Source: Polaromonas sp.
GTDB taxonomy: Bacteria; Pseudomonadota; Gammaproteobacteria; Burkholderiales; Burkholderiaceae_C
Length of the DNA stretch: 64,000 nt
Assembly: GCF_012927485.1 (NCBI RefSeq)
Contig: NZ_JABBPC010000036.1
Coordinates: forward strand, 47,996 to 111,995
Direction: 5' to 3'
The translations under genes were made by a program, and so were the position numbers. A model generated the notes under the pieces. The model did not search any database and had not been told where the DNA came from. It was given only the letters and a program-made list of their open reading frames with translations. Each line of letters begins with the position of its first letter. Within the stretch, counting starts at the first letter, position 1. This document shows positions 8,923-21,025 of the stretch, one piece after another.

Positions 8923-10650
8923 TCAATGGCCTGAAGAAACTGAAGCGCCAAGACCTGTCTCCGAGCGCACCTGCTGCGCCTTGTACAGGCCACGTTCCTT
9001 AGCCGCTTGAGGGCTGCGGTCGAGCACCGAGAAGAGCCACACGCCGACAAAGCCAATCGTGATCGAGAACAAGGCCGGCGAGGAATACGGGAACATGGCC
9101 GAGCCCTTGGGATTTCCCAGCACGGCTTCCCATACGGAGGGCGACACGACCGTCAAGCCGACGGAAGAAATCAGTCCCAAGAAGCCACCAATCACAGCAC
9201 CTTTGGTGGTGCAGTCTTTCCAGAGAACGGACATGAACAGCACCGGGAAATTGGCAGACGCTGCAATCGCAAAAGCGAGCGACACCATGAAGGCGATGTT
9301 CTGCTTTTCAAAGGCAATACCCAGGCCCACGGCGATCACGCCGAGTACCACCGTCGTCATGCGTGAAACCTTTAATTCCGAAGCGCTGTCGGCGTTGCCT
9401 TTTTTAATCACGGTGGCATACAGATCGTGCGAGACGGCGGACGCACCCGACAAAGTCAGGCCCGCCACCACCGCCAGAATGGTTGCAAAAGCCACCGCTG
9501 AGATAAAGCCGAAGAAGACGTTGCCACCGACTGCTTTGGCCACCAGAACGGCCGCCATGTTGGCCGAGCCGCCACCACCTTTGATGATGCCGGTGGCTGT
9601 ATTTGCAAACTCAGGGTTGGTCAGAACCAGCGTGATGGCACCAAAGCCGATGATGAAGATCAGCACGTAAAAGTAGCCGATCCACGTCGTCGCCCAAAAT
9701 ACCGATTTGCGGGCTTCCTTGGCATCCGGCACGGTAAAGAAACGCATCAGGATGTGGGGCAGACCGGCGGTACCGAACATCAGCGCCATACCAAAAGAGA
9801 TGGCTGAAATCGGATCCTTCACAAAGCCTCCGGGGCCCATGATGGCCAAGCCTATTTTGGCGGCTTCTTCCGGTGCTTTGCCGCCATTGGCTGCGAGTTG
9901 GGTTTTAACTTCGACGCCTTTGGCAAACAGGGCCTCAAAGCTGAAGCCGAACTGCGACATGACCATGAACGCCATGAAGGTCACGCCAGCGAGCAGCAGG
10001 CAGGCCTTGATGATCTGCACCCAGGTGGTGGCCGTCATGCCGCCAAACAGCACGTAAACCATCATCAGCGCACCGACGATCACAACGGCGATCCAGTAAT
10101 CCAGGCCAAACAACAGCTTGATCAGGGCGCCAGCTCCCACCATCTGTGCAATCAGATAAAACGCGACCACTACCAGCGTGCCCGAAGCCGCAAAAATGCG
10201 GATGGGCGTTTGCTGGAAGCGATAACCGGCGACGTCGGCAAAAGTGAATTTACCGAGATTGCGCAGGCGCTCAGCCATCAGGAAAGTAATTACGGGCCAG
10301 CCGACCAAAAAGCCGATCGAGTAAATCAGCCCGTCGTAGCCCGACGCCATCACGGCGGCAGAAATTCCCAGAAAAGAGGCGGCCGACATATAGTCGCCCG
10401 CAATGGCCAGGCCATTCTGGAAGCCGGTAATGCCACCGCCACCGGTGTAGAAATCGGCTGCAGATTTAGTTCTGGCAGCGGCCCATTTGGTGATGAACAG
10501 CGTGCCGACCACAAAAAGAGCGAACATGCTGATCGCCACCCAATTGGTCGGTTGCTTGTCAACCTGTCCCAGGTCGGCCCCTGCGGCTTGTGCAGCGGCG
10601 GCTGCCAGCAGCGCCGTCAACGCGGCCAGGAATTGGAGTCCAGCCTTCAT
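8923..10650 (-). CDS. actP: Cation/acetate symporter ActP (SSS family)
   Basis: [35 protein letters not shown], multiple TM helices; paired with DUF485 gene. Confidence 0.9.
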   Translation of the reverse strand: MKAGLQFLAALTALLAAAAAQAAGADLGQVDKQPTNWVAISMFALFVVGTLFITKWAAARTKSAADFYTGGGGITGFQNGLAIAGDYMSAASFLGISAAVMASGYDGLIYSIGFLVGWPVITFLMAERLRNLGKFTFADVAGYRFQQTPIRIFAASGTLVVVAFYLIAQMVGAGALIKLLFGLDYWIAVVIVGALMMVYVLFGGMTATTWVQIIKACLLLAGVTFMAFMVMSQFGFSFEALFAKGVEVKTQLAANGGKAPEEAAKIGLAIMGPGGFVKDPISAISFGMALMFGTAGLPHILMRFFTVPDAKEARKSVFWATTWIGYFYVLIFIIGFGAITLVLTNPEFANTATGIIKGGGGSANMAAVLVAKAVGGNVFFGFISAVAFATILAVVAGLTLSGASAVSHDLYATVIKKGNADSASELKVSRMTTVVLGVIAVGLGIAFEKQNIAFMVSLAFAIAASANFPVLFMSVLWKDCTTKGAVIGGFLGLISSVGLTVVSPSVWEAVLGNPKGSAMFPYSSPALFSITIGFVGVWLFSVLDRSPQAAKERGLYKAQQVRSETGLGASVSSGH

Positions 10651-10955
10651 TTGGAAGCCTCTTTCAAAATTTCAGCGGTCAGGCGGTCGTATTCGCCGTT
10701 TGCACGACGAACATAAATGCCGGTAATAACAATGGTAAAAATAATCACGCCCAAACCGATGGGAATACCCAGGGACGTGACGCCGGCACCGATCGGCTGC
10801 GCCAAAAATGGCTTGTCGAATGCAATCAGTGCGATGTAGCCGTAGTACACCACCATCATGATGATGGTCAGCAACCACCCAAATGAATTCCGTTTTCTGC
10901 GTAGCTCGTGGTACTTCGGATTGGCCTCTATTTTGGCCACAACAGGATCACTCAT
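10647..10955 (-). CDS. DUF485/YjcH-family inner membrane protein
   Basis: Two TM segments ending [12 protein letters not shown]; overlaps actP start as in yjcH-actP. Confidence 0.85.
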   Translation of the reverse strand: MSDPVVAKIEANPKYHELRRKRNSFGWLLTIIMMVVYYGYIALIAFDKPFLAQPIGAGVTSLGIPIGLGVIIFTIVITGIYVRRANGEYDRLTAEILKEASK

Positions 10956-11043
10956 ATGTTTCCTCCGACTGGTGAAGTCAATATTGACAACTGCCCGGGA
11001 CGGGCACTGCAAGACGTGAATTTTGTGGGGAGGTACTGACCAA

Positions 11044-11076
11044 GTCCTTACGTTTTTACCGCTGTAACGTTAGGAC
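11044..11076. promoter_or_regulatory. Inverted repeat, candidate operator in divergent actP/MFS promoter region
   Basis: GTCCTTACGTT-N11-AACGTTAGGAC (10/11 complementary). Confidence 0.5.
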
Positions 11077-11175
11077 ATTCCCTAATGCGCTGCAGGCTGA
11101 AAAAGGGAGTTAAGGCGGGGTTCACCGCTGATTTATCGCAATGAGAAATGACCCGTTAGGGTTAATGCCTGATAT

Positions 11176-11205
11176 GTAAGTTGATATTCAGTTTCACGTA
11201 AGTTG
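11176..11205 (+). promoter_or_regulatory. Direct repeat GTAAGTTG x2, 22-bp period
   Basis: GTAAGTTG at 11176 and 11198, ~100 bp upstream of the MFS start. Confidence 0.4.
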
Positions 11206-11304
11206 CCGGCGGATTGGCGTCAGAACCGGGTCAGCACGGGATCGGATAGTAATGCTCAGCACCTGTTCGGGGTGATGCGATTAACTACTACAGGAGACAT
11301 AAAA

Positions 11305-12963
11305 ATGGCAATAACAGCACCCAACCGGCCGATGACGCCGGAAGAGAAAAAGGTGATCTTTGCGTCGTCACTCGGTACAGTTTTCGAGTGGTACGACTTT
11401 TATCTTTACGGCACCCTGGCCGTGATCATCGGTAACCAGTTCTTTTCGGCCCTTGATCCCGCTTCGCGCACCATCTTTTCGTTGCTGGCGTTTGCTGCCG
11501 GCTTTATCGTGCGGCCGTTTGGCGCGCTGGTGTTCGGGCGTTTGGGCGACATGATTGGCCGCAAGTACACCTTTCTGGTCACCATCCTGATCATGGGCTT
11601 GTCAACTTTTATAGTGGGTCTGCTGCCCAGTTATGGCTCGATTGGCGTGGCCGCGCCAATTATCCTGATCGCTCTGCGCATGTTGCAAGGGTTGGCGCTC
11701 GGCGGTGAATATGGCGGCGCCGCCACTTATGTTGCAGAGCACTCGCCGGCTGGGCGACGTGGTTTCTTCACTTCCTGGATCCAGACCACGGCGACGGCGG
11801 GCCTGCTGTTGTCGCTGGTGGTGATTCTGGGTGTGCGTACGGTGATCGGCGAAGCCGCTTTTGCCGACTGGGGCTGGCGCATTCCCTTCCTGGTCTCCAT
11901 CCTGCTGCTGGCCGTTTCGGTTTACATCCGCCTGAGCATGAATGAATCGCCTGCCTTCACCAAGATGAAAGCGGAAGGCAGGACGTCCAAGGCGCCGTTG
12001 TCCGAGTCATTCGGACAGTGGAAGAATCTCAAGATCGTTATTCTGGCGCTGATTGGCCTGACCGCCGGCCAGGCGGTGGTCTGGTACACCGGGCAGTTTT
12101 ACGTGCTGTTTTTTCTCATGGGTTCCCTGAAGGTTGACGGTGTCCTGGCGAACTTGCTGGTGGCGGCCTCGCTGATCATCGCCACACCGTTCTTTGTGAT
12201 ATTCGGGTCGCTGTCTGACAAGATTGGCCGAAAGCCCATCATCATGGCGGGTTGTTTCTTGGCCGTAGTCACTTATTTCCCGGTTTTCACTGCCCTGACC
12301 AAGGCCGCCAATCCCGATTTGGCAGCCGCCCAAGCCAAAAACAAGGTCGTGGTGACCGCTGATGCGCGGGAATGCTCGTTTCAGTTCAACCCCACCGGGA
12401 CCGCCAAATACACCAGCTCGTGCGATATTGCCAAGCAGGTGCTCTCCGCCAACTCGGTGAGCTACGAAAATGCAGCGGGGGCAGCGGGTGAACCCGCCAC
12501 TATCCGGATTGGTGAGACGGTCATCACGAGCTATAAATCTGCCGGATTGTTGGCTGATGACGCGAAGAAGAAAGACATCGAATTCAAGAAGGCGACCGCT
12601 GACGCCCTGAAGGTTGCCGGCTACCCCGCCAAAGCAGATCCGGCCAAGGTGGACAAAGTGACCCTCGTCCTCCTCCTCACCTATCTGGTGATTCTGGTCA
12701 CCATGGTTTATGGCCCGATCGCGGCAATGCTGGTCGAGATGTTCCCGACCCGCATTCGTTACACCTCCCTGAGCCTGCCCTACCATATCGGCAACGGCTG
12801 GTTTGGCGGCTTGCTACCGGCGACGGCACTGGCCATCGTGGCGCAGACCGGCAATATGTACAACGGTCTTTGGTATCCGATTGTGGTGGCCGCGATGACG
12901 CTGGTGGTCGGCACGCTGTTCGTCAAGGAAACCAAGGACGTGGATATTTACGCCAACGACTGA
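11305..12963 (+). CDS. MFS transporter, metabolite:H+ symporter (MHS) family
   Basis: SSLGTVFEWYDFY, FGRLGDMIGRK, QGLALGGEYGGA, EMFPTRIRYT; AGGAG RBS before ATG 11305. Confidence 0.88.
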   Translation: MAITAPNRPMTPEEKKVIFASSLGTVFEWYDFYLYGTLAVIIGNQFFSALDPASRTIFSLLAFAAGFIVRPFGALVFGRLGDMIGRKYTFLVTILIMGLSTFIVGLLPSYGSIGVAAPIILIALRMLQGLALGGEYGGAATYVAEHSPAGRRGFFTSWIQTTATAGLLLSLVVILGVRTVIGEAAFADWGWRIPFLVSILLLAVSVYIRLSMNESPAFTKMKAEGRTSKAPLSESFGQWKNLKIVILALIGLTAGQAVVWYTGQFYVLFFLMGSLKVDGVLANLLVAASLIIATPFFVIFGSLSDKIGRKPIIMAGCFLAVVTYFPVFTALTKAANPDLAAAQAKNKVVVTADARECSFQFNPTGTAKYTSSCDIAKQVLSANSVSYENAAGAAGEPATIRIGETVITSYKSAGLLADDAKKKDIEFKKATADALKVAGYPAKADPAKVDKVTLVLLLTYLVILVTMVYGPIAAMLVEMFPTRIRYTSLSLPYHIGNGWFGGLLPATALAIVAQTGNMYNGLWYPIVVAAMTLVVGTLFVKETKDVDIYAND

Positions 12964-13028
12964 TGGGTTTTGCATCCGCCTGGGCTCCAAATCGTCCACG
13001 CTGATCAGAACCACTTTATAAAGGTGAA

Positions 13029-13067
13029 CAGGCCCCCGTCATCATTTGCCGGGGGCTTGTTTCTTTT
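13029..13067 (+). terminator. Rho-independent terminator after MFS gene
   Basis: CAGGCCCCCG...CGGGGGCTTG followed by TTTCTTTT. Confidence 0.7.
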
Positions 13068-13286
13068 GGCAAAAGATTTTGTGAAAGACGGGTGGGGTAT
13101 TTACTGTATTGGCAGATCTGGCACTGTATATAGTCAGTCAAGCCAACGATTTTTAGCCGCAAAACGGACAATCGGGGGGAGAAGAAATAGATTGAATTAA
13201 AATGAGGTGGGGCATCACTACATGACGATGTCGCTGAACGCCGTCCTCCGCAAGGGGGTGTCCACCGCGCGTTGACAGGAGACACA

Positions 13287-13763
13287 ATGATGATTTATTC
13301 GAAGACGGAGTTGGGTCAAACTGCCTTGCGCGATCGTTCCCTCGGGCTAACCCCCCGGCAGCGCTCGGCATTCATCATGTTCGATGGCAAACGCAGCGCG
13401 GATGACGTCCTCAAGGCGACTGCTGGCTTGGGGGTCACGGCAGAGGATGTGAGTCACCTGGTGGAACTCGGTCTGCTGGTGGTCAGCGCAGTCGTATTGC
13501 CTCCTTTACCCGGGCCCCAACTGGTACCCGCTTCCGCGCAAAGTGTTGCCGGAGCGCCCAGCCTGGATGCGCAAGCGCATTATTTAAGGGCCTACCCGAT
13601 TGCTATCCGGCTCACCGCGAGTTTGGGTTTGCGCGGCTTTCGGCTTAATCTGGCGGTCGAAGCCGCAAGCGATGTGACCAAGCTCAAAGAGTTGGCCCCA
13701 AAAATCAAGGAAGCCGTCGGCACCGAGAAGTTCAAGGAACTGGAAACTGCGCTGTTTGACTGA
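13287..13763 (+). CDS. Hypothetical protein (KTE.G..ALRDRS..LTPRQR...FDGKRS type)
   Basis: AGGAG RBS, coherent ORF between terminator and uvrA. Confidence 0.65.
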   Translation: MMIYSKTELGQTALRDRSLGLTPRQRSAFIMFDGKRSADDVLKATAGLGVTAEDVSHLVELGLLVVSAVVLPPLPGPQLVPASAQSVAGAPSLDAQAHYLRAYPIAIRLTASLGLRGFRLNLAVEAASDVTKLKELAPKIKEAVGTEKFKELETALFD

Positions 13764-13986
13764 GGTGGCGTAGCGGAAGCGATTTTTCGACCTGAAAGAC
13801 CCCGGCTTCGCGCTTGAACCGGGGCGGGGGCTTCACTGCGTAGATCCGAATTGGCTTGCTATCGCCGTCAATGGCCGACCGCTTGGCAAAACATTGCTTG
13901 ATGGAAAGACGGGCGTTTAACCCCACGCTTAACGTCTACGAGCCCCCTGTCTAGAATATCTGACCTCTTCAGGAAAGCACCCATCC

Positions 13987-16900
13987 ATGTCCCAGGGAAC
14001 CATCCGCATTCGCGGAGCGCGCCAGCACAACCTAAAAAATCTTGATCTGGATATACGTACCGGTGAAATGACGGTGGTAACCGGGCCCAGCGGATCAGGA
14101 AAGTCTTCGCTGGTGTTTGACACGCTGTTTGCCGAAGGCCAGCGACGCTATGTGGAGACGTTTTCGGCCTACGCGCGGCAGTTTCTGGACCGCATGGACA
14201 AGCCCGCAGTGGATAAGGTGGAAGGGGTGCCCCCGGCGATCGCGATTGACCAAACCAATCCGGTGCGCAGTTCGCGTTCTACCGTGGGCACCATGACAGA
14301 GCTGAATGATCACCTGAAGCTGTTGTACGCACGGGGCGCGCAGCTGTTTGACAAGCAGACCGCGCAAGGCGTTCGTCATGACACGCCTGAGTCCATTTAT
14401 GCCGAGTTGATGTCTCGCACCGGTCACAGCGACCCCAGGGTAGTCATCACTTTTCCGGTTGAACTTCCGGGCAACACCAGTCCCGAGCAACTCGAACAAT
14501 GGCTATCGGCCAGCGGCTTCACGCGCGTGCATGCGGAACGCGAGCTCTCCACCCCCGCCGGGCCGCACAAACTGCTGGATGTTGTGGCCGACCGCGTGCG
14601 CCTGCACACCGCCGAAAAGGTGCGGGTGATGGAGGCGATCGAAACGGCACTCAAGCGCGGCGGTGGTCGTGTCAATGTGTACGTGCAGCAGGGCGCGGAC
14701 GGAGGGGGAGAGCCCGATGAAATGTGGCGCTTTTCTACCGGCCTGCATTGCCCTGAAAGCGATCTGCGCTACGCCGATCCGACCCCTTCTCTGTTTTCCT
14801 TTAACTCGGCGATGGGAGCCTGCGAAATCTGCAAGGGCTTTGGTCGGGTGATCGGTGTGGATTACGGGCTGGTGATTCCCAACGACAAGCTCACGCTGCG
14901 TGCTGGCGCCATCAAGCCCATGCAGACGCCTGCCTGGAAAGAAGCGCAAGACGACCTGATGCGTCATGCTGAAGCCGCAGGCATTCCCCGCGACACGCCC
15001 TGGTACAAGCTCACGCCGGAGCAGCAGGGTTGGGTGATCAACGGGTCTCCTAATTGGAACGGAAAGTGGAACCAGCATTGGTTTGGCATCAAACGGTTCT
15101 TCGGCTACCTGGAAAGCAAAGCTTACAAAATGCACATTCGCGTGCTGCTGTCCAAGTACCGCAGCTACACGCCTTGCGAAACCTGCGGGGGCGCACGCCT
15201 CAAGCTTGAATCCCTGCTTTGGCGGCTCGGTTCCAAAGCCGCCGCCGATGCCGTGCTGCCACCCAGCCAGCGCTTCATGCCGGTGGGTGTGCATTGGAGC
15301 CGCGAGCAACTCGAATTCTTGCCGGGTCTGTGCGTGCATGACCTGATGCGGTTGCCGATAGACCGCCTGCGGAAATTTTTCGACGAATCGGGGATGTCGG
15401 TGAGGGGCGACGATGCCGAGAAGAACGCCCTCAAATCACTCTTTGAGGAAATCCGAACGCGTGTGAAGTACCTCTGCGATGTGGGTATCGGCTACCTCAC
15501 GCTAGACCGGCAGAGCCGCACGCTCTCGGGCGGGGAAGTGCAGCGCATCAATCTAACGACGGCACTCGGCACTTCGTTGGTGAACACGTTGTTTGTGCTG
15601 GATGAGCCTTCGATCGGCTTGCACCCGCGCGACATGGGCCGCATTACCCAAGCCATGCACCGGCTGCGCGACGCCGGCAATACCTTGGTGGTGGTCGAAC
15701 ACGATCCGGCCGTGATGCTGGCGGCCGACCGGATGATTGACATGGGTCCCGGCCCCGGGGAGAAAGGCGGCGAGATCGTGTTTGACGGTACGCCCGAAGA
15801 CTTGAAGCACGCCGATACCCTCACAGGGGCTTACCTTGGGGGGCGCAAGCAGGTGAGCATGGGCTTCAAACGCGCCGTGACCGACAACACGCCCCGCCTT
15901 ATTCTGGAAGGCGCCCGTGACCACAACCTGAAAAATCTCACGATTGAGTTTCCGCTGCAGCGCCTGGTGTGCGTGACCGGGGTGAGCGGCTCTGGAAAGT
16001 CCACCTTGATGCAGGACATCCTTGCCCCGGCATTGCTGCGCCAGTTTGGCAAGGCTACTGAAACGCCGGGTCTGCACGATCGGTTGATGGGCGCCGACCA
16101 CCTGACGGACGTGGTGTTTGTCGATCAGTCGCCCATAGGCCGGACGGCGCGCTCCAATCCGGCCAGCTACGTAGGTGCCTGGGACGCCGTGCGTGAACTG
16201 TTTGCACAGGCACCGCTGGCCCGGCAGCGCGGCTACACCGCCTCGAAATTCAGTTTTAACAATGGTGATGGGCGTTGCCCGACCTGCGGTGGTTCAGGGT
16301 TTGAGCATGTGGAAATGCAGTTTCTGAGCGACGTGTACCTGCGCTGTCCGGACTGTGACGGCAAACGTTACCGGCCCGAAATTCTTGAAGTCACGATCGA
16401 GCGCAAGGCCATCGGCCAGCTCAAACCGGTTCTGCTGAGTGTGTCCGATGTACTGGAACTCACCGTGAGCGAAGCCATCCAGCTGTTTGCGCAGGACCGG
16501 GAAGTGGTCCGCGCACTGCAACCCATTGTCGAGGTCGGACTGGAATATGTGAAGCTGGGCCAGCCCGTTCCAACGCTGTCGGGCGGGGAAGCCCAGCGGC
16601 TCAAGCTCGCAGGATTTCTGGCGGGTGCCAGTAAAACTGCGAGCGCCAGCAAGCAAGCGCTGGCGCTCAGGAATCCCAGCCGCGGCACGCTTTTCTTGTT
16701 CGACGAGCCGACTACCGGCCTGCATTTCGACGATATTGCCAAACTCATGCGAGCGCTGCGCCGGTTGCTGGAAGCGGGACATTCCCTGATCATCATCGAG
16801 CACAATCTGGATGTGATCCGGTCTGCCGACTGGCTGATTGATCTGGGGCCTGAAGGCGGTGAAGCCGGTGGCTTGCTGGTTGCAGAGGGTACGCCTGAAG

Positions 16901-19900
16901 AGGTGCGGCAGCATCCTACCTCGCACACGGGCAAGGCGTTGCGCGACTATGAGCAGGCCATGGGTCAAGTGCACAAAGTTGAGGAATCGCGGCCCAGAGT
17001 GTGGGCGACCCGCCCGGCTTTCTCGAACCTGATCCAGATCGTTAACGCCAAGGAACATAACCTCAAAAACCTGTCGGTGGATATTCCCCGCGGCAAGTTC
17101 AATGTGGTCACGGGCGTGTCCGGTTCGGGCAAATCCACGCTGGCCTTTGATATTTTGTTCAACGAAGGCCAGCGGCGTTATCTGGAGTCGCTGAATGCCT
17201 ATGCGCGCAGCATTGTGCAGCCGGCGGGACGCCCTGAAGTCGACGCGGTGTACGGCATTCCACCCACCGTGGCGATTGAGCAGCGCTTGTCCCGCGGAGG
17301 GCGAAAGTCCACCGTCGGCACCACTACCGAAGTCTGGCATTTTTTACGCTTGCTTTACGTCAAGTTGGGCGTGCAGCACTGCACCAAAGACGGCGCGGCG
17401 GTGATGCCGCAGAGCCCTGAAAGCATTGCCGCCCAGATCCTTAAAACCTACCGTGGTCAACACATTGGTCTTTTGGCCCCGCTGGTGATCAACCGCAAAG
17501 GCGTCTACACAGAATTGGCTGACTGGGCGCGCCCGCGCGGCTACACCCATTTGCGCGTCGATGGCGAGTTCTTGCCCACGACCGGTTTTCCGCGCATCGA
17601 TCGCTTTAAGGAGCACACCGTCGAGTTGCCGATTGCGGACATCCACGTGACACCTGACAACGAAGCCGCGTTGCGGCTGGCTCTGGCCACTGCGCTGGAG
17701 CATGGCAAAGGCGTGGTGCACGTGCTGGCACCGCTCAGTGGCTTGCAGGCTGCGATGGCGGCGGGAGTCAGCACCAAACATCTCGGTCAATTAGAGGCCT
17801 TCTCAACCAAGCGCGCTTGCCCGGTTTGTGCCACCTCGTACCCCGAGCTGGACCCGCGGATGTTCAGCTACAACAGCAAACACGGCTGGTGCCCGGACTG
17901 CGTGGGTACGGGCGTCAAGCTCACGAAAGACCAGCGCAAGGTTTTCGACGATTCAGTCATGGATGATGACAACAAGGGGCGCGAGCAGAGCTTGAACGCC
18001 TATGGCGGCGAATCCGAGGTCGATGATGTGGCGAATACGGTCTGCCCCACGTGCGAGGGATCGCGCTTGAATAGCCAGGCCCGTGCAGTGACGTTTTCCG
18101 GCGTCGGTATTGCCGACATTGCCGCCTTGTCGGTGAAGGAAGTGCATCACTGGGCTGAAAAGCTGGCGCTCGTGGGGCGCCAGGCCGGCATTGCCCGCGA
18201 TCTGATTCCCGAGATAAAAAGCCGCCTTGAATTCCTGGAAGACGTAGGGCTCGGCTATCTCACGCTGGACCGGGGCGCCCCCACGCTGTCGGGTGGCGAA
18301 GCGCAGCGCATTCGGCTGGCAGCCCAGTTGGGCTCTAATTTGCAAGGTGTTTGCTATGTGCTGGACGAGCCGACTATTGGGCTGCACCCGCGCGACAACC
18401 AGATTCTTTTGAGCGCTTTGGGCAAGTTGAGTGATCGGGGCAACACGCTGGTGGTGGTCGAGCATGATGAAGACACCATACGCCGCGCCGACAACATCAT
18501 CGACATTGGCCCGGGTGCCGGCAAACGCGGCGGGCGCTTGGTGGCCCAGGGCACCGTCGCGCAGTTGTCTGCGGTGCCTGAGTCGTTGACGGGCTACTAC
18601 TTGGCGCATCCGCTGATTCACCCGTTGCAGGTTCGCCGGGAAACGCTCAGGGGATCGGCACCTGCGGTTGAGGAAACGCAGCATCTGGCCGACGCCAAGC
18701 CCGTGGGAAAGCAAAAAAAAGCCGCGCTGAAAGCGGCAGCACTGCGCGCCGCAGCCGCGAGCGCCAGTGCCAGCCACAACGCCGGCCCCGTCGCCGCCAG
18801 CCCATTCACATCCTGGATCTCAGTGGCGAATGCGACCTTGCATAACCTCCAACACGTGTCCGTCGCGGTGCCGCTGTACCGGCTGGTGGCGGTGACGGGT
18901 GTGTCTGGCTCCGGCAAATCGACTCTCGCGCGTGACGTGCTGCTCACCAACGTCCACGCGGCGGTGCTGCAACGTTCAACCAAAGCCGGGCGTGACGCCG
19001 ACGACGCAGGTCAACACCCCGCTTGGACCGGTTGCGAGCGCATCGAAGGCTACCAGGTGGTTGACCGTGTGCTGGAAGTGGACCAAACGCCGATTGGCAA
19101 AACGCCGCGCAGCTGCCCGGCCACCTACATCGGCTTTTGGGACACCGTTCGCAAGCTCTTTGCCGACACGCTGGAAGCCCGCGCGCGCGGTTATGCGGCT
19201 GGGCGTTTTTCGTTCAATACCGGAGAAGGGCGCTGCCCGACCTGCGAGGGCGCTGGCGTGCGAACCATTGCGATGAGCTTTCTGCCCGACGTCAAAGTGC
19301 TGTGCGAAACCTGTCACGGCGCGCGCTTCAACCCCGAAACCCAGGCCGTGACCTGGCGCGGCAAAAGCATTGGTGACGTGCTAAAAATGGAAGTGGATGA
19401 GGCGGTGGACTTCTTTGCCTCCATGCCCAGCATCAGCCACCCACTGCAACTGCTCAAAGAGGTGGGGCTCGGCTACCTCACCTTGGGCCAACCATCGCCC
19501 ACATTGTCGGGCGGTGAAGCGCAGCGTATCAAGCTGGTAACCGAGCTGAGCAAAGTGCGCGATGACATCACGCGGCGCGGCCAGAGAGCCCCGCACACGC
19601 TTTATGTACTCGATGAACCGACGGTAGGTTTGCACATGGCCGACGTGGAAAAGCTGATTCAGGTGTTGCACCGGCTGGTCAGCGGCGGCCACAGCGTCGT
19701 GGTGATTGAGCATGATCTCGACGTGATTGCGGAGGCGGACTGGGTCATTGACCTCGGGCCGGAGGGCGGCAACGCCGGTGGCTGTGTTGTGGCCTCTGCG
19801 CCGCCTGAAGCGGTAGTGGCGCTGGGAACCCACACCGGGAAAGCGTTGCAAAGTGTGCTGGCCAGAGGGCGCGAAGTGCTTGACATGGTGGCTATTAAAT

Positions 19901-19902
19901 AG
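13987..19902 (+). CDS. uvrA: Double-length UvrA-family excinuclease ATPase (1971 aa, four ABC modules)
   Basis: Four Walker A (GPSGSGKS, 3x GVSGSGKS), four TLSGGE signatures, four DEP Walker B, several CxxC zinc motifs. Confidence 0.9.
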   Translation: MSQGTIRIRGARQHNLKNLDLDIRTGEMTVVTGPSGSGKSSLVFDTLFAEGQRRYVETFSAYARQFLDRMDKPAVDKVEGVPPAIAIDQTNPVRSSRSTVGTMTELNDHLKLLYARGAQLFDKQTAQGVRHDTPESIYAELMSRTGHSDPRVVITFPVELPGNTSPEQLEQWLSASGFTRVHAERELSTPAGPHKLLDVVADRVRLHTAEKVRVMEAIETALKRGGGRVNVYVQQGADGGGEPDEMWRFSTGLHCPESDLRYADPTPSLFSFNSAMGACEICKGFGRVIGVDYGLVIPNDKLTLRAGAIKPMQTPAWKEAQDDLMRHAEAAGIPRDTPWYKLTPEQQGWVINGSPNWNGKWNQHWFGIKRFFGYLESKAYKMHIRVLLSKYRSYTPCETCGGARLKLESLLWRLGSKAAADAVLPPSQRFMPVGVHWSREQLEFLPGLCVHDLMRLPIDRLRKFFDESGMSVRGDDAEKNALKSLFEEIRTRVKYLCDVGIGYLTLDRQSRTLSGGEVQRINLTTALGTSLVNTLFVLDEPSIGLHPRDMGRITQAMHRLRDAGNTLVVVEHDPAVMLAADRMIDMGPGPGEKGGEIVFDGTPEDLKHADTLTGAYLGGRKQVSMGFKRAVTDNTPRLILEGARDHNLKNLTIEFPLQRLVCVTGVSGSGKSTLMQDILAPALLRQFGKATETPGLHDRLMGADHLTDVVFVDQSPIGRTARSNPASYVGAWDAVRELFAQAPLARQRGYTASKFSFNNGDGRCPTCGGSGFEHVEMQFLSDVYLRCPDCDGKRYRPEILEVTIERKAIGQLKPVLLSVSDVLELTVSEAIQLFAQDREVVRALQPIVEVGLEYVKLGQPVPTLSGGEAQRLKLAGFLAGASKTASASKQALALRNPSRGTLFLFDEPTTGLHFDDIAKLMRALRRLLEAGHSLIIIEHNLDVIRSADWLIDLGPEGGEAGGLLVAEGTPEEVRQHPTSHTGKALRDYEQAMGQVHKVEESRPRVWATRPAFSNLIQIVNAKEHNLKNLSVDIPRGKFNVVTGVSGSGKSTLAFDILFNEGQRRYLESLNAYARSIVQPAGRPEVDAVYGIPPTVAIEQRLSRGGRKSTVGTTTEVWHFLRLLYVKLGVQHCTKDGAAVMPQSPESIAAQILKTYRGQHIGLLAPLVINRKGVYTELADWARPRGYTHLRVDGEFLPTTGFPRIDRFKEHTVELPIADIHVTPDNEAALRLALATALEHGKGVVHVLAPLSGLQAAMAAGVSTKHLGQLEAFSTKRACPVCATSYPELDPRMFSYNSKHGWCPDCVGTGVKLTKDQRKVFDDSVMDDDNKGREQSLNAYGGESEVDDVANTVCPTCEGSRLNSQARAVTFSGVGIADIAALSVKEVHHWAEKLALVGRQAGIARDLIPEIKSRLEFLEDVGLGYLTLDRGAPTLSGGEAQRIRLAAQLGSNLQGVCYVLDEPTIGLHPRDNQILLSALGKLSDRGNTLVVVEHDEDTIRRADNIIDIGPGAGKRGGRLVAQGTVAQLSAVPESLTGYYLAHPLIHPLQVRRETLRGSAPAVEETQHLADAKPVGKQKKAALKAAALRAAAASASASHNAGPVAASPFTSWISVANATLHNLQHVSVAVPLYRLVAVTGVSGSGKSTLARDVLLTNVHAAVLQRSTKAGRDADDAGQHPAWTGCERIEGYQVVDRVLEVDQTPIGKTPRSCPATYIGFWDTVRKLFADTLEARARGYAAGRFSFNTGEGRCPTCEGAGVRTIAMSFLPDVKVLCETCHGARFNPETQAVTWRGKSIGDVLKMEVDEAVDFFASMPSISHPLQLLKEVGLGYLTLGQPSPTLSGGEAQRIKLVTELSKVRDDITRRGQRAPHTLYVLDEPTVGLHMADVEKLIQVLHRLVSGGHSVVVIEHDLDVIAEADWVIDLGPEGGNAGGCVVASAPPEAVVALGTHTGKALQSVLARGREVLDMVAIK

Positions 19903-19959
19903 ACGGCGGCAGGGGCACGAAAGGGGCTGTTCCTTCTGACAGTCAGGCCTAAAAACGGC

Positions 19960-20781
19960 TCAGCCGGTGCGTGCGGCCAGCAAGGCTGCCGCCATTTCCG
20001 CAAAACCTGCGCCGCGCTCGCTTTCGGTAATGTAGCGAGGCGGGTGGGCCAGCTGCGCTTCAAAGCGGCGCACATTGGCGACCCCCACTGAGTGCGGAAA
20101 GGCCTCGAACATGAGTTGGTCGTTGGTCGAGTCGCCGACATACACCCAGCGATCCCTTTCAGCGTCTAACTCTCGGCCCAGCAGCTCGCTCACGATCCAG
20201 CGGGCACCTGTCAACTTGTTGTGTGTGCCATACCAGCCGTTGATATGAATGCTGCTGACGGTGGCGTTCATGCCTTCGCTTTGCATGATCTGTACGGTCT
20301 GCGCAATGCGAGCGGCGGACAAGTGCGCAAATTCATGATGGTCAATCGCGATATCGGTTTCGCGCCCAGCGCTGTCTTCAGCAAGGACCGCACCTGCCAC
20401 CTCGCGCAGAATGCGTTGCGCCACCTGTTGCATTCGGGCGTAGTTGGCGCAGCGGGTTGCAGCATCTTGTTGATAACGTTTTGCCAGCGGGTGGTGGTCG
20501 GCGCTGTTCGGCCAGGGCGCTTTTTTCTGTAAGGAAAACGCGACAGCGCCATTTTCTGCCACGACGGCGTCTAGCGGCCACGCCCTTGCAAAAGGCTCAC
20601 TCCAACCCGCTGGGCGCCCCGTGACGGCGATCACCGTGAGACCGGCTCGCTGCAGAGCCGCCAGTGCCGCGAGCGCATCGGCAGTGATGGCCCCGTCGGT
20701 GGTCAGGGTGTCGTCAATGTCTGTCAAAACGCCGGTGATGCCGCGTCGGTCCTTAAGGCTCCAGTGCTTTAATTCTTGCAT
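19960..20781 (-). CDS. HAD-IIB family hydrolase
   Basis: LTDIDDTLT (DxDxT), VTGRP, VAENG, YVGDSTND; start ATG 20781 inferred. Confidence 0.8.
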   Translation of the reverse strand: MQELKHWSLKDRRGITGVLTDIDDTLTTDGAITADALAALAALQRAGLTVIAVTGRPAGWSEPFARAWPLDAVVAENGAVAFSLQKKAPWPNSADHHPLAKRYQQDAATRCANYARMQQVAQRILREVAGAVLAEDSAGRETDIAIDHHEFAHLSAARIAQTVQIMQSEGMNATVSSIHINGWYGTHNKLTGARWIVSELLGRELDAERDRWVYVGDSTNDQLMFEAFPHSVGVANVRRFEAQLAHPPRYITESERGAGFAEMAAALLAARTG

Positions 20782-20848
20782 GGTGAAATTTTCGCACGCC
20801 ATTGCGGGCGCCTGGCGAAGCTTTGAGGTGTTCTATACAATGCACAGT

Positions 20849-20917
20849 TCTTGAGGAGCGTTGCAACCCACGGCATGTGGTCTAGGCTCAAGACTTTCAT
20901 TTGCAACCACGCTCACC
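20849..20917 (+). ncRNA. SAH riboswitch
   Basis: P1 TCTTGAG/CTCAAGA, core GAGGAGCGTTGC...AGGCTC, pseudoknot GAGCGT(20856)/ACGCTC(20909); upstream of ahcY; TACAAT -10 at 20836. Confidence 0.88.
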
Positions 20918-21025
20918 CGCATGTGCCTTGGCGCCGGGTGAGTCAAATCAACAGACTCCCCCAGATTCACGGCCTGCGTCCGGGGCTATTTTGCCAATTC
21001 GATTCATGATTTTGGAGCTTTCCCA

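Noticed and set aside
13100-13140. CTGTATATAGTCAG as a LexA box near uvrA
   Set aside because: CTG-N8-CAG is 14 bp, not the 16-bp CTG-N10-CAG, and it is ~850 bp from uvrA
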